Source of the DNA: Podarcis melisellensis
Taxonomy: Eukaryota
Assembly (NCBI GenBank): GCA_964234715.1
Contig: OZ174278.1
Reading direction: 5' to 3' (one strand)
DNA: 64,000 nt
Part shown: positions 24,850-36,298 of the stretch, in pieces
How the letters are laid out: every line of letters begins with the position of its first letter
How positions within the stretch are numbered: the first letter of the stretch is position 1
Program-made: the position numbers and the translations under genes
Notes under the pieces: model-generated
The model's input: only the letters and a program-made list of their open reading frames with translations
The model's database searches: none
Told to the model about the DNA's origin: nothing

Positions 24850-26547
24850 TTTCCCCGCGAGAAACGCACCCGAGAGGTAAACTGGATCTCGTTGGGAACC
24901 GATCCCGCCCCCCTCCCCACCGCGCCCCCCTCCCCCAACCCACCCTCTGGCTGCCCTATGATCCGAGCGCTGCCCCTCTCTCGCCTCTGCCCGGGGCGGG
25001 AGCGGAGGGGAGGGGGAGCGGAGGGGAGGCGGGTCGGACCAGGGGACGCGCGAGTGGCTATTAGCCCGCCTTGGGGGGAAGGCTTGGATTGATGGGGCCG
25101 GGCCGACCAATGAGACGGCGCCAGGAGATCGGCCTGGCTGCTGTTAAAGGGGGCGGTGGGAGAGGAGCTGCCAGTCCAGCCTAGGAACTAGCGGGAGAGG
25201 CTGGGAGGAGGAGGAGGAGGAGAAGGGGGTGGCGAGGAGGGGGGGATAAAAAGCAGCCACAGCAGCGGCGCCCACCGCAACCAGCAGACGGAGGCGAGAG
25301 GCGAGCAGAGGGAGAAGCCGGCCAGCGCCCCGGGAGGAGGACCGACCCGCCCCCCCCCCCCGCCAAAAAAGAGGAGGAGGAGGAAGGACCGCATCTCACG
25401 GCTGGAGCATCTCCATGGCGGGCGCTGGCGGCGGTGCCTGAGTGGGACCCGCGCCCGGGCTGAGGGACGGACCTTGGGCGCTCCACTCCCCCCTCCGCCC
25501 CTCCGCCTGTGTTATTGTTCTGGGCTGCCTCTCTCTCTTTTTTTCTTTTACAAATCCGCATCTCTCCCCCTCCCCTCCCCCCCCTCAATCTCGTCCCCTC
25601 CTCCTCCTCCTCCTCCCCAACTTAAAGCGAGCGAGGTTGTGGCGAGGGAAGAGGCGCCCGATTCCTCCCTCTCGTGAGGAGAACAGCGGCGGCGGCGGCG
25701 GCGGCGGCAACTTTGGAGCCCGTGAGGCGGAACCGAATGGCGGGCAGAGCGGGAGGCGGAGGAGGTGGCGGCAGCGGCAGCGGAGGAGAAGAAGAAGAAC
25801 GGGAATAATATATCTATATACACACACATATGTGTGATATATATATATATATAAAAAACAACAAGGGGTGGTTAGAAGAGTGGGTGGGGGACCCGAATAT
25901 TTCAGAGGAGGGGCTGGAGAAGGCGGGGAGGGGGGCACCGGGGCGGGGTAGCAGCGCAGCGGAGAACCGTGTGTTTGTTTTCTGAGCGGAGAGTGTGCGT
26001 AGCGCGCGAGCGGAGAGCCGGCCACTCGCGCGCGCCCCGGCGTGTGCGTGAGCGCGCGCGCGCGAGGGAGTGTGCCTATATATCTCCTCGCCTGTTTGTG
26101 TGAGAGAGAGAGGGGCTGTCGGTGTGGCTGTGGCGGTGTGACATCTCTTCGCCAGAGGGCTTGTGTGTGTGGTACTGTTGTTGTTGTTGTTGTTGTGGGT
26201 AGCTCTTTCCCCCCATTTCTCCCCCCTCCTTCTCAGGGAAAGGCGAGTCCCCTCTGCGTCCCTCCCTCTCCCCCCACCGCCCCTCTCCTCTTCCCTCCCT
26301 CCTCGGCTCCCTCTCTCTCCCTCCCCTCCGCCCGCTCCCCTCTCTGTGCCTTCTTCCCTCAGAGCTGCCCGCCCGCCCTCGCCTCAGCTGCTTTAATACC
26401 CTTCGGCTGGCCGCCTGCGCCTGAACTCTCGTCGTCGGCGCGCGGCTCTTTCTCCCGCTCGCGCAGCAGAAGAAGAAGAGGAGGAAGAAGAAGAAGAGGA
26501 AGACAGAGAGCCCCTCGCTCGGACCCTCGCCGGGGCTCCTGGGCGGC
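24850..26547 (+). promoter_or_regulatory. ZIC2 promoter CpG island / 5' region
   Basis: Very GC/CpG rich; CCAAT at 25107, GTTAAAG at 25143 with an adjacent GC box, TATATA at 26077, (GGC)n and purine/pyrimidine tracts. The TSS cannot be determined from sequence. Confidence 0.7.
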
Positions 26548-27640
26548 ATGCTTCTGGATGCGGGGCCGCAGTTCCCGGCGCTGGGCGTGGGCTCGTTCGC
26601 CCGGCACCCTCCTCCTCCGTCGGCGGCCGAGATGCAGGAGCGCGAGCTGAGCCTGCAGAACAGCTTCGTGGACTCGGCGGCGGCGGCGGCGGCGGCGCAC
26701 CTGGGCGCCTTCAAGCTCAACGCGGCGGCGGCGGCGGCGGCGGCGGCGCACGAGCTGTCTCCGGGCCAGGGCTCGGCCTTCAGCTCGCAGGCGCCCGCTT
26801 ACCCGCACGCGGCGCATGTGGGCTCCTACTCCGCGCCGCCCTTCAACTCCCCCAGGGACTTCTTGTTTCGGAGCCGGGGCTTCGGCGACGCGGCGGCGGC
26901 GGCCGGCGGCGGCCAGCACGGGCTCTTCGGGGCCGCGGCGGCGGCGGCGGCGGCCACGGGCAGCCTGCACCACCCGCACGCCGAGGCGCAGAGCCACCTG
27001 CTGTTCCCGGGCATCGGCGAGCAGCACGGCGCGCCCGGCTCGCCCAACGTGCTCAACGGGCAGATGCGGCTGGGCTTGCCCGGGGAAGTCTTCGGCCGCT
27101 CGGACCAGTACCGCCAGGTGTCCAGCCCGCGCGCGGACCCTTACTCGGCGGCGCAGCTGCACGGCCAGTACGGGCCCATGAACATGAACATGGGCATGAA
27201 CATGGCGGCGCACCACGCGCACCACCCGCACCATGCCCACCCGCACCATGCCCACCCGCACCACCACCATCACCACCACCACCCGGGGGCCTTCTTCCGC
27301 TACATGCGCCAGCAGTGCATCAAGCAGGAGCTCATCTGCAAGTGGATCGACCCCGAGCAGCTGAGCAGCCCCAAGAAGAGCTGCAACAAAACTTTCAGCA
27401 CCATGCACGAGCTGGTCACTCACGTCTCCGTGGAGCACGTCGGCGGGCCCGAGCAGAGCAATCACATCTGCTTCTGGGAGGAGTGTCCCCGCGAAGGGAA
27501 GCCCTTCAAGGCCAAGTACAAGCTGGTCAACCACATCCGCGTGCACACGGGCGAGAAGCCCTTCCCGTGCCCCTTCCCCGGCTGCGGGAAGGTCTTCGCG
27601 CGCTCCGAGAACCTCAAGATCCACAAAAGGACGCACACAG
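26548..27640 (+). CDS. ZIC2: ZIC2 coding exon 1 (ZOC, poly-Ala/His tracts, ZF-NC, zinc fingers 1-3)
   Basis: [20 protein letters not shown]..., ZOC-like [12 protein letters not shown]2-type [26 protein letters not shown]; donor CAG|gtcagt at 27640/27641 (phase 1). Confidence 0.97.
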
Positions 27641-29958
27641 GTCAGTCCACGAGGGATTTCACGCTCTTTGCCGGGTCGGAAAGGGTGGTTGGTGGGTGTG
27701 AGACTGTGGGGAAGGGAAGGGGGCATTGCGACACAAATGCACAGCAGGAGAATCCTTTTCCCCTAAACCTCCCCGTGCATGCTCCCGCACATGAATCTGC
27801 TTACTCGGAAAGGTGTTTAATTTTGTCCAAACCCTTTAAAGGAAGTGATGCTTTATTTGATCGTAAAAAATAAACACGTAAGAAGTAAAATAAAATTGCT
27901 TCCAAATGTCTTCCTTCTCTTAAGGCTGCCTGAACTGGGCCGGGCTCCTCGGGATACTTAGGGGAGATGCAGTGGGATCAGATACTTAGGGAAAAGTAAG
28001 ATACACTGGCATCAGTCAGTTGCCAAGGGAGTCTCTCCTTCAGAGTGGGACGGCTCCCTTCAAAGAAGCAAAAACCGCCCGAGCAGATAACTGGAAATAT
28101 ACGAAGGGACCTTACAGGTTAATTCTGTAGAGAAGCGAGTGTTGTTCCTGTCGGTATGGTCTACTTTTAAGGAAATCCGTAAAGCTGAGCAGCTGACTAG
28201 GAAATCTCTTCCTTTGAAATCCACCGGCTTCATTTCCAAATATATTCAGCTCAGAGGTGTTCCTGCAATGAACGCCGCGTTTCCAGAAAATGGGTAAATA
28301 AGTGGGTAGTTTAAAAAGGCATAGTTGTGCCGTTTTATAAATGTGATGGTAGGAATCTAAAACAGAGCTGAATTTTACATTTTGTATTTTAGACCTATAT
28401 TCTAGAAAAACTACCCTTAAGAGGGAGGGGGGAGCTCTTTTCCTTTCTCCGCCCCCCTGGTCATTTCACCGCGCTTTTCAGGGACTGCTTTCCATTAAAT
28501 TGAAATGGAGTGAGGCGGGACCATAAAATTTTCTCATTTGCAAAAGTGTTTTGAAAGTCTGACTTGGGGCGCCGGAAGGCGGTTTTCCACTAATTTATTA
28601 TTTTTGTTAAAGCAACATGTAATAAACAACAGAGGATTTAAGGTTGATAAACTTCCGGGGGTAGGATTCCACCCCTTCCTAACGCTGCCACCCCAAAATG
28701 AGGACTAATGGGTGAGAAAGGAGGCCGCGTTTCTGGGTGATAGAAATCGTGTGAGTCCAGGTAGTGGAATCAAACAACTGCGTTTCCCAGGCTCCTAGAT
28801 AATTCTTACTTCAGCCGGCCAGATTTCTACTGGAGCATTTTTATTTTTATTTTTGGGGTCCGCACCCTACCCCGCCCCGGGGGAAAAAGAAGACCAGCAA
28901 ATATTTGAGCAATTTCCGGGCATCAGTGTTGACTGAGAGAAAGGAGCAAAAACTCTGTGAGCCTTTCTGGTTGTGTTGCTGAAGTGCTAAGAACGGGTTT
29001 AGGTGCGAGACGGGCTTTAACAAGGTTTAGCAAATCCGAGACGTTGATTTGCATGGAGATGGCCGCGTTTTGCGGGGGGGGGGGGCGGCGGCTCTGAGCG
29101 GATGTCTTTAAGGAACAATTTAGGTGCTAATGGAATTTCGCGTTAAATTGCGCGTCTCTCCCACCTCCGGTTTCAAGGGCGGGGGAAGGATCCGGCGGTG
29201 GCTGTGTTTGAGTTCTCACACCTACAAATTGCTCGGAAATCTGGCGAAGGGGCGAAGAAGCTCTAGGAAAATTCCAAGGGAGGGTTGTGCATGTGTTTTT
29301 TGCTTCGGTTTCTCTCGCCCTCTTCGCCCCCCATCATCCCCAGCGGATATTTTGAGAACTGACTTCCAATGTCCTTGCATGAAAGGGGTGAAAAATACTG
29401 CAGCAGCCTGCTCAGATCTGGAGTCGTTTGCGGCTTGACGCGGTTTAAACAGGGGGTGGGGGTTGGTTCTGGTCCGGTGGCTGTTTTTAAATGCACGAAC
29501 TGGGAAAGGCTCCTTGGCCTGGCTTTTAAATGCAACACCAGTTGGAATGAAAACAAAAGAAATACGTATCCCGAAAGAGACACGCAAATCTCTTTATTGG
29601 GTTCCTTGGGGAATCGCGCTTTTAAAAACAATGACCACAGACCTGAGGACTTTCTTGAATTCCCCCGTTTTCCTTGTATTAGCTGGGACCCTGGCCCGGT
29701 ATTTCTTTCCGAAGCTGCATAATCCCCTGCACAACTCACCCAACTCATTTCCCTCACATCCTAAATTCGACTGAGCTCCTGCGGAATTCTCAGACGAACA
29801 TTTAAAGATCAGATGCCAATGAAAAGAGGCACATACGAAAAGGAGGTCGTTTTCCTTTAGCTGACCAAAAAAAACCCCGAGGATGTTCAAGTTTCTTCCA
29901 AGATCTCACAGCCACTAAATGTTTGTTTTATGGTTCTTGGTAAAAGATCGCTTTTTAG

Positions 29959-30303
<345 letters not shown>

Positions 30304-30643
30304 TAGCCCAAGGCTGCGGAGTTATTGGGAAGCAAGTCCCGCTCAAACCGGAGTGGTTTCCCAATAAACCTGCTTCAAACCAAATTCCAAAGAAAATGTT
30401 GTGTATAGCCGGAAGAGAGGGACCTTTTGGGCTCCAACCCAGCTTCCTGATCTGTTACTAACTCAGGGGGATTTATGCAACCTTACTAAATGTAGGATTT
30501 CAGCACTGGGGAAGGGTCGGCGGCGGTGCTGAGCCTATTGAGCGTCTTGAAGCAAAGGAAAGGGGTGGGAGAGATCTGGGAGCCTTTTCTGTGTCCTTTC
30601 AACGCAAGTTGCTTAGTTTGCTTTCTCGCTGTTGGCCTGGCAG

Positions 30644-30994
30644 GTCCACGAATCCTCCCCGCAAGGCTCCGAGTCGTCGCCCGCGGCCAGCTCCGGCTAC
30701 GAGTCGTCCACTCCGCCGGGCTTGGTGTCCCCCAGCGCAGAGACCCAAAGCACAGCCGCCAGCAACCTGTCCTCTGCAGCGGCCGCCGCGGCTGCTGCTG
30801 CTGCCGCCGCCGCTGCGGCCGCAGTCTCGGCGGTGCACCGGAGCAGCAACGGCGGAGCGGGAGGAGGCGGCGGCGGCGGGGGGAGCTCGGGCGGCGGCGG
30901 AGGGGGCAGCGGCGGCGGCGGAGGAGCGGGCAGCGGCGGAGCCAGCGCCAGCCACGGCGGCCTCACGTCCAACTTCAACGAGTGGTACGTCTGA
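30644..30994 (+). CDS. ZIC2: ZIC2 coding exon 3 (C-terminus with 16-Ala tract, Gly-rich segment, stop); full protein 535 aa
   Basis: Acceptor ggcag|GTC; [30 protein letters not shown]...A16 VSAVHR...SNFNEWYV*; exon lengths 1093+164+351=1608 nt, in frame. Confidence 0.97.
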   Translation, partial: VHESSPQGSESSPAASSGYESSTPPGLVSPSAETQSTAASNLSSAAAAAAAAAAAAAAAAVSAVHRSSNGGAGGGGGGGGSSGGGGGGSGGGGGAGSGGASASHGGLTSNFNEWYV

Positions 30995-31160
30995 AGAGGC
31001 CTCCTGGCCCTGCCGCCGCCGCCGCCGCCGCTCCAGCCAGATGCTTCGAAAATGAAGGAAGGAAAGCAGGAAGGAAGGAAGGAAGCCGCCGTCGAAGTCG
31101 CTCTCCGCCTTCCCTCTCTCTCTTTCTCCACCCCGCCGCCCCCTTTTGTTTGGACTGGGA

Positions 31161-31310
31161 NNNNNNNNNNNNNNNNNNNNNNNNNNNNNNNNNNNNNNNN
31201 NNNNNNNNNNNNNNNNNNNNNNNNNNNNNNNNNNNNNNNNNNNNNNNNNNNNNNNNNNNNNNNNNNNNNNNNNNNNNNNNNNNNNNNNNNNNNNNNNNNN
31301 NNNNNNNNNN
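31161..31310. other. Assembly gap (150 N)
   Basis: N run. Confidence 1.
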
Positions 31311-32100
31311 TGCGGTTCTACCCGCCACGGGACACCCGCTGCCTCCTGAGCCTTGCGGACATTCAGTTCTGCCGGCGAGGGGGGCCCCTGCCGCCCCTCC
31401 TGCCTCCAGCGCCTTGGGAACAAAAGATCAGACACAAGGAGGGAGGACCCGTCGGTCCTGGGACCAGCCGGCCCCCAACCACCGCCTCCATCCCCCTCGG
31501 ACTCTCTGTGTACATAGAGAAGTCTTCGCTCCTTCCGCCAAGGAGGTGGTAATCATAAAGTTTTCTCGGTGTATAGAAATTGGTCCACTTTGTGAACTAT
31601 GGATTTGGTTCTTCCCTCCCGCCCCGCGCTTTCTCTCTCTCTCTCCCAGAAGTGATGCTCTCTCTCATTCTCTGCCTCCTGTCCTCTCTCTCTTGTTAGC
31701 TCCCCCCACCTTCTCTTTCTCTTTCCTTCTCTCTTTTTTTAAATTCACCCATTTTTAAAGGGAAAGGGGGGGAAGTAAAGTGGAAGCAAAATGGTTTCTT
31801 TTGTAATTGTGGTATTGAATATTGTGTTCCTTTTTTTAAAAAAAAAGAGGCAACTTTGATTGTAAACTTCATTCAGCTATAGACTGGAAAGATTTTAAAA
31901 CAAACAAACAAAAAAACACACGTGCCAAAGTCTCCATGCCGTTCTTCGAAACAAACCCAGATTGATTCCTCCTCCTCTTCCAATGCTTGTGAATGTATTT
32001 TCTGTTAGCTGGATTTACATGTGATGTTTTAGTGCATTTTGCAAGTTCTATTTGTTAGTTCCTGTTTGGAAGTTTGTGGGGAGGGGGAAATAAACGTAGT

Positions 32101-32264
32101 NNNNNNNNNNNNNNNNNNNNNNNNNNNNNNNNNNNNNNNNNNNNNNNNNNNNNNNNNNNNNNNNNNNNNNNNNNNNNNNNNNNNNNNNNNNNNNNNNNNN
32201 NNNNNNNNNNNNNNNNNNNNNNNNNNNNNNNNNNNNNNNNNNNNNNNNNNNNNNNNNNNNNNNN
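32101..32264. other. Assembly gap (164 N)
   Basis: N run. Confidence 1.
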
Positions 32265-32356
32265 GTTTCAGAATTTTTTTATTTGAAGGTTCATGTGGTT
32301 TCATCATTTCTTGTGATATGTTTTTTTTTTTTTGAGAGTAATGCATACAGAAATAT

Positions 32357-32362
32357 AATAAA
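32357..32362 (+). terminator. ZIC2 polyadenylation signal AATAAA
   Basis: Canonical hexamer at the end of the AU-rich UTR block; a second AATAAA lies at 32089-32094. Confidence 0.75.
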
Positions 32363-34451
32363 ATGTGTTGAAACTGCAGTGACTGACATTCCCCTCCCTC
32401 TTTCTTTCCTTTCCTTTCTTTCTTGGTATGTCAAAGGTTTTCTTATGTTGATTAGAGTGTGCCTTAAAGAAAGGCCAAATTTGCTATACGCTGCAAAATG
32501 TTTTAGATATGTGATTGAAATCACATGAGGGCACAACTTATACAAAAACTAAGTTTTATTAGTTTAACTAAGTATTTAAAACAAATCTACATCCTGTCTT
32601 AATATACTGGATTTACGAAGCCAATATCATACCAAGAATGATACTCCTAGGCTGCACTCCTGTGCATTTTTACCTTGGAGTAAATTTAATTGAAGACATT
32701 ACTGGGTAAATATGTGTGGAATTTAACTACACAGGGCTTTGCAACTCTAGTGCTGGATCTAGTCAAAGATTAGTAGTTTTAAGGGCCATTTCAGTGGAAG
32801 AATTAAGCATGTGTTTCACCTTTTTCCCTGTGAAAATCAAAAGTCTTCCAAGTTCTGCCAGTCTCCTATATTTCAAGTCAATTTTATACCCTTATAGACT
32901 GTCAGAACCTTTATTGCTTGTAGTTTGCCCTTATCTCCTTTTTTACTTTTATGAAAGGTCCCATTTTTAATCTGGATTTTTTTGTACTCATGTTAAGTTT
33001 ATTTTTTAAGCACTGTTCACATGCTTTACAATTTATTTGTTTTTAAATCTAGGAGTAGATCCCAAATCCTTCTCCATAAAATCTGGATTCCTTAAAAGTT
33101 GGAAACACTTCTTCCCTTGTTTAGAATAGTTCTTATGCTTTTTATTTTGCACATTTATCTGTACTAATATATTTTCCCTCCACCAAAGATGAGGAAAAAA
33201 GAGATGAATTAGATAGGCTTTAAAAAAGCAGTACCCCCCCCCCTTTTCTTTGTAGTGCTGGGGAACAGTACAACCATGACTTTGGTGTGACAGTATGTGT
33301 TAAAGATGCAATGGCTAAGAAAACAAAAATTTTAGGGGCTGTGTAATTTGGTGGATATGGCTTTAACAAAATTATTCTCCCCACCACAAATTTACCAGTG
33401 TGTGTGTGTGTTTGTTTGTTTGTGTATGTGTGTATAATTTAAAATAATATTCTACATGAGTAAATAGGTATATAATTAAGAATGATGACCTAAATTAACT
33501 TTTGCTTGTCTGCAAGATTGTAGATTCTCCTCTATCCTCTTGACTTCAACCCAGAATCAGTGCTTTGGACATGCTTTGATTTTATGAGCCACTTTCTAGT
33601 AACCAGGACGTGGAATTGAACTGTGAAGCCTTCAAAAAAACCTTCGAAAGCCTGGCATTTGCCCAAAATCCAGTGCCAGCCACCTGGGCACCCAAAAGAG
33701 GCACGCATCCTTCCCCCCTTTTTCCAAGCCCTGTGCAAGTGTGCTCCTGGCACTCCTCTCACAAAACTCCGCAGCGCCAGCCAAAAACCGCTCAAACGAT
33801 ACATTTGCCTCTCCAGCCCAGTCGCTTGTTTTCATTGCATTCCATCCAAACCCCCCACCCTGTTTGGAATTTATGTTAGCAACACTATCCCTCTTTGGCA
33901 GGGAAGAGAAGAGCCTTGGACTGTAGTCCTAGGCCCACCTCCTCGAGAGCAAGTCCCGCTAAGCACAGTAGGACCTATTTCCGAGTAAAATTTCATTTTG
34001 GGGGCAAGCTTTCCGCCTGATGTTTGGTGCGGGGGAAACAGGGGCGATAGATTCGCGCTTGGGCCTGGAAGAGGATGCCCTTGAGGGAGCAATTTAAAAA
34101 AAAAATTTTTTTTTTTGCTGCGGTCCAAAAAACACAACCTGGCACGCTTCCTTTACTCCCCAACTTGGAGCGGTCTCTTCCTTCGTAGTCATTCATTCAT
34201 TCAGTCATTCTCCGCTGCATAATGTAAAAGCCCCGAAGTAATCAAATGGCTGTTAAAATCTCATTTTCCTCCCTTAATAATATTAGGCGAGAGAGAGAGA
34301 GAGAGAAACCCAACCCAATTTTATTAAAGGAATTAGCATATGGCGCTGATCTCTGGGAGAGAGAGAGATCTCGCTGGCTGGGAAACTACAGCAGGGCACC
34401 GTCGGAAGAATGGCAAGAGAGGCCCCAAAAAGCGTTGGATTGAAATTGGCT

Positions 34452-34452
<1 letters not shown>

Positions 34453-34506
<54 letters not shown>
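34453..34506. repeat. (TG)n(AG)n compound microsatellite
   Basis: Direct reading. Confidence 0.9.
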
Positions 34507-34509
<3 letters not shown>

Positions 34510-35666
34510 TCCGTTGTTCAGCGTCCGCTCCCTCCCGCCATTCAATGGCCTCCACCAGATTAAGTCTGATTTAAAGTTGAACGCAGGGGAAAGACTGGGA
34601 ACGTCTCTGCTCTCTCCTTTTCTGTTTCTGACCACGGCTTTGTTCCTGGTTTTTTGTGTCTCCCAGAACCTGGAGGAAGGGGGACTCCTGGATCCCCGGC
34701 TGAAGGGTCAGCGAGAAAGATCCCTTCGATCCCTCCGGAAGAGGCTCGGGCGAGAGACGGCGGTGCTGCTGGCCTTGGGCTTGTGGGTTCCTCGGCTCTC
34801 CTTTCGCCAGAGGAAGCAAGCGCCGTCCGTCCGAGTCGCCCTCCATTACGGCCAGCCCACACCAACAAATGACACGCCGCAGCTTTGTGGTCCTCGCTCG
34901 TTCCCCAGCCTCCCCGATGTCCCTCGGGTCCCACCGCGGCACCCACCCACACCTGCAGGCGATGCTGGGTTGAAAAAACAGAGAAGCCTCGGGCGCGCCC
35001 GGGCACTGAGCTCTCCACCAAGTGGTCCGGGTCCCTGCCTGACATCAGCAGCCTTCTCTTCCTTTCAGGCCCCTGGGCAGGGCAGGGAGAGGGACTCTTC
35101 TCTACCCACCCCCACCCCTTCCCCTAGGCTAGCCTTGAACTTGAACTTGAGCTGGCCTTGGCTGCCACCATCGCCCTAGTCTTGCCAGCCAGCACCCACA
35201 AAGACTCGGCATCTTGGACGGGGAGGGAATCCAGGCAGCTTTAGAAACGGATGGCGAGGCGAAATAGAGACCTGCCCAGGAGATGGAGGTTTACAGATAC
35301 AGATACATGGCGAACGCCCGTCTGAATCAGAAGAAAGTGGGCTCCAATACTCATCTCTCCTGTATAATGCATGAGAGAACATACGTCTAGGATGTATGTA
35401 ATAGAACGCACTATAAATAATACAAAGCAGCTGCGTAAAAAAGCTGGTGGAGGGAGAGAGGCAGCCCCCACTCCACCGTGTCCGGCTCGAAACCCCGAAA
35501 GTTGCTCATCCCTTCAGACTCTGCGAACTGGTCTCCTTGGATTCAACGAGACTTACTTTCGAGTATACATCGGTAGAGATCAGGGCTAAAGCCTTGCAAA
35601 AATTGCAGACCCAGAGTAGTCAAACGGATATGCATATCCAGAAATGACTAAAAAACTAGAATACGC

Positions 35667-35725
<59 letters not shown>
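35667..35725. repeat. (ATT)n microsatellite
   Basis: Direct reading. Confidence 0.95.
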
Positions 35726-35726
<1 letters not shown>

Positions 35727-36240
35727 ATTTTCCCCTTTTCCCCTTCTGTTCCAGCTCTCCCCAATCGCTCAGGTTTGAGTCTGTCTTTCAGCTTTGATTC
35801 TGCAAATATTTCCCCCGCCTTTGGTTTCGTTTATGTTTCCTAATTATGATTTGTGATGATTGCAGCAACATTTAACTAGACTAGCAGCCGCCGTGTTCTA
35901 TTACCGAGCAGTGCTATAACTAGTACGATGTGCTCTTGGGTGCTAGGAGTAAATATGCGGCAGTGTCAAACTGCGTAAGTTGTAAGTATGCAATACCAAC
36001 TTAAGTAGTTGAATGGGGACTAGTAGTGGCACTTTGCGCTCTCATCTGTAAAAGGGAACCTGAAGAACCGACGCGCGCGTTACCGATGCAGTGGCAACCG
36101 GTTGCTAAACCACAGCAGCCCCAAAGAACTGTGTGTGGAAAGGTAGCTCGATTAAAAACAGTGAGGGGTGTGTGGTTTGTGTGTGTGAACTTCCCAGGAA
36201 GGTACGAAGGACAGAGGACTTTACCCACCCTGCCAGACCT

Positions 36241-36298
36241 GAACTGGCGAGCAGGCACAGTGATAACTTGAACTGGCGAGCAGGCACAGTGATAACTT
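36241..36298. repeat. Perfect 29-bp tandem duplication
   Basis: GAACTGGCGAGCAGGCACAGTGATAACTT twice. Confidence 0.95.

Larger units (their letters stand above)
30995..32380 (+). other. ZIC2: ZIC2 3' UTR
   Basis: Follows the TGA; AU-rich distal block; AATAAA at 32357-32362 followed by a pyrimidine/U-rich downstream region; interrupted by two gaps. Confidence 0.75.

Noticed and set aside
26359-27726. 455-aa minus-strand ORF
   Set aside because: Antisense shadow of ZIC2 exon 1; its similarity to the 583-aa ORF only reflects the ZIC2/ZIC5 nucleotide identity
27641-27873. Read-through of the ZIC2 exon 1 ORF into intron 1 (also ZIC5 11658-11782)
   Set aside because: Canonical donors are present and the extensions are non-homologous; no evidence for intron-retained isoforms
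34514-35179. 221-aa ORF and other ORFs in the 34-50 kb region
   Set aside because: Non-ATG starts, overlapping open frames in GC-rich sequence, no recognisable protein family
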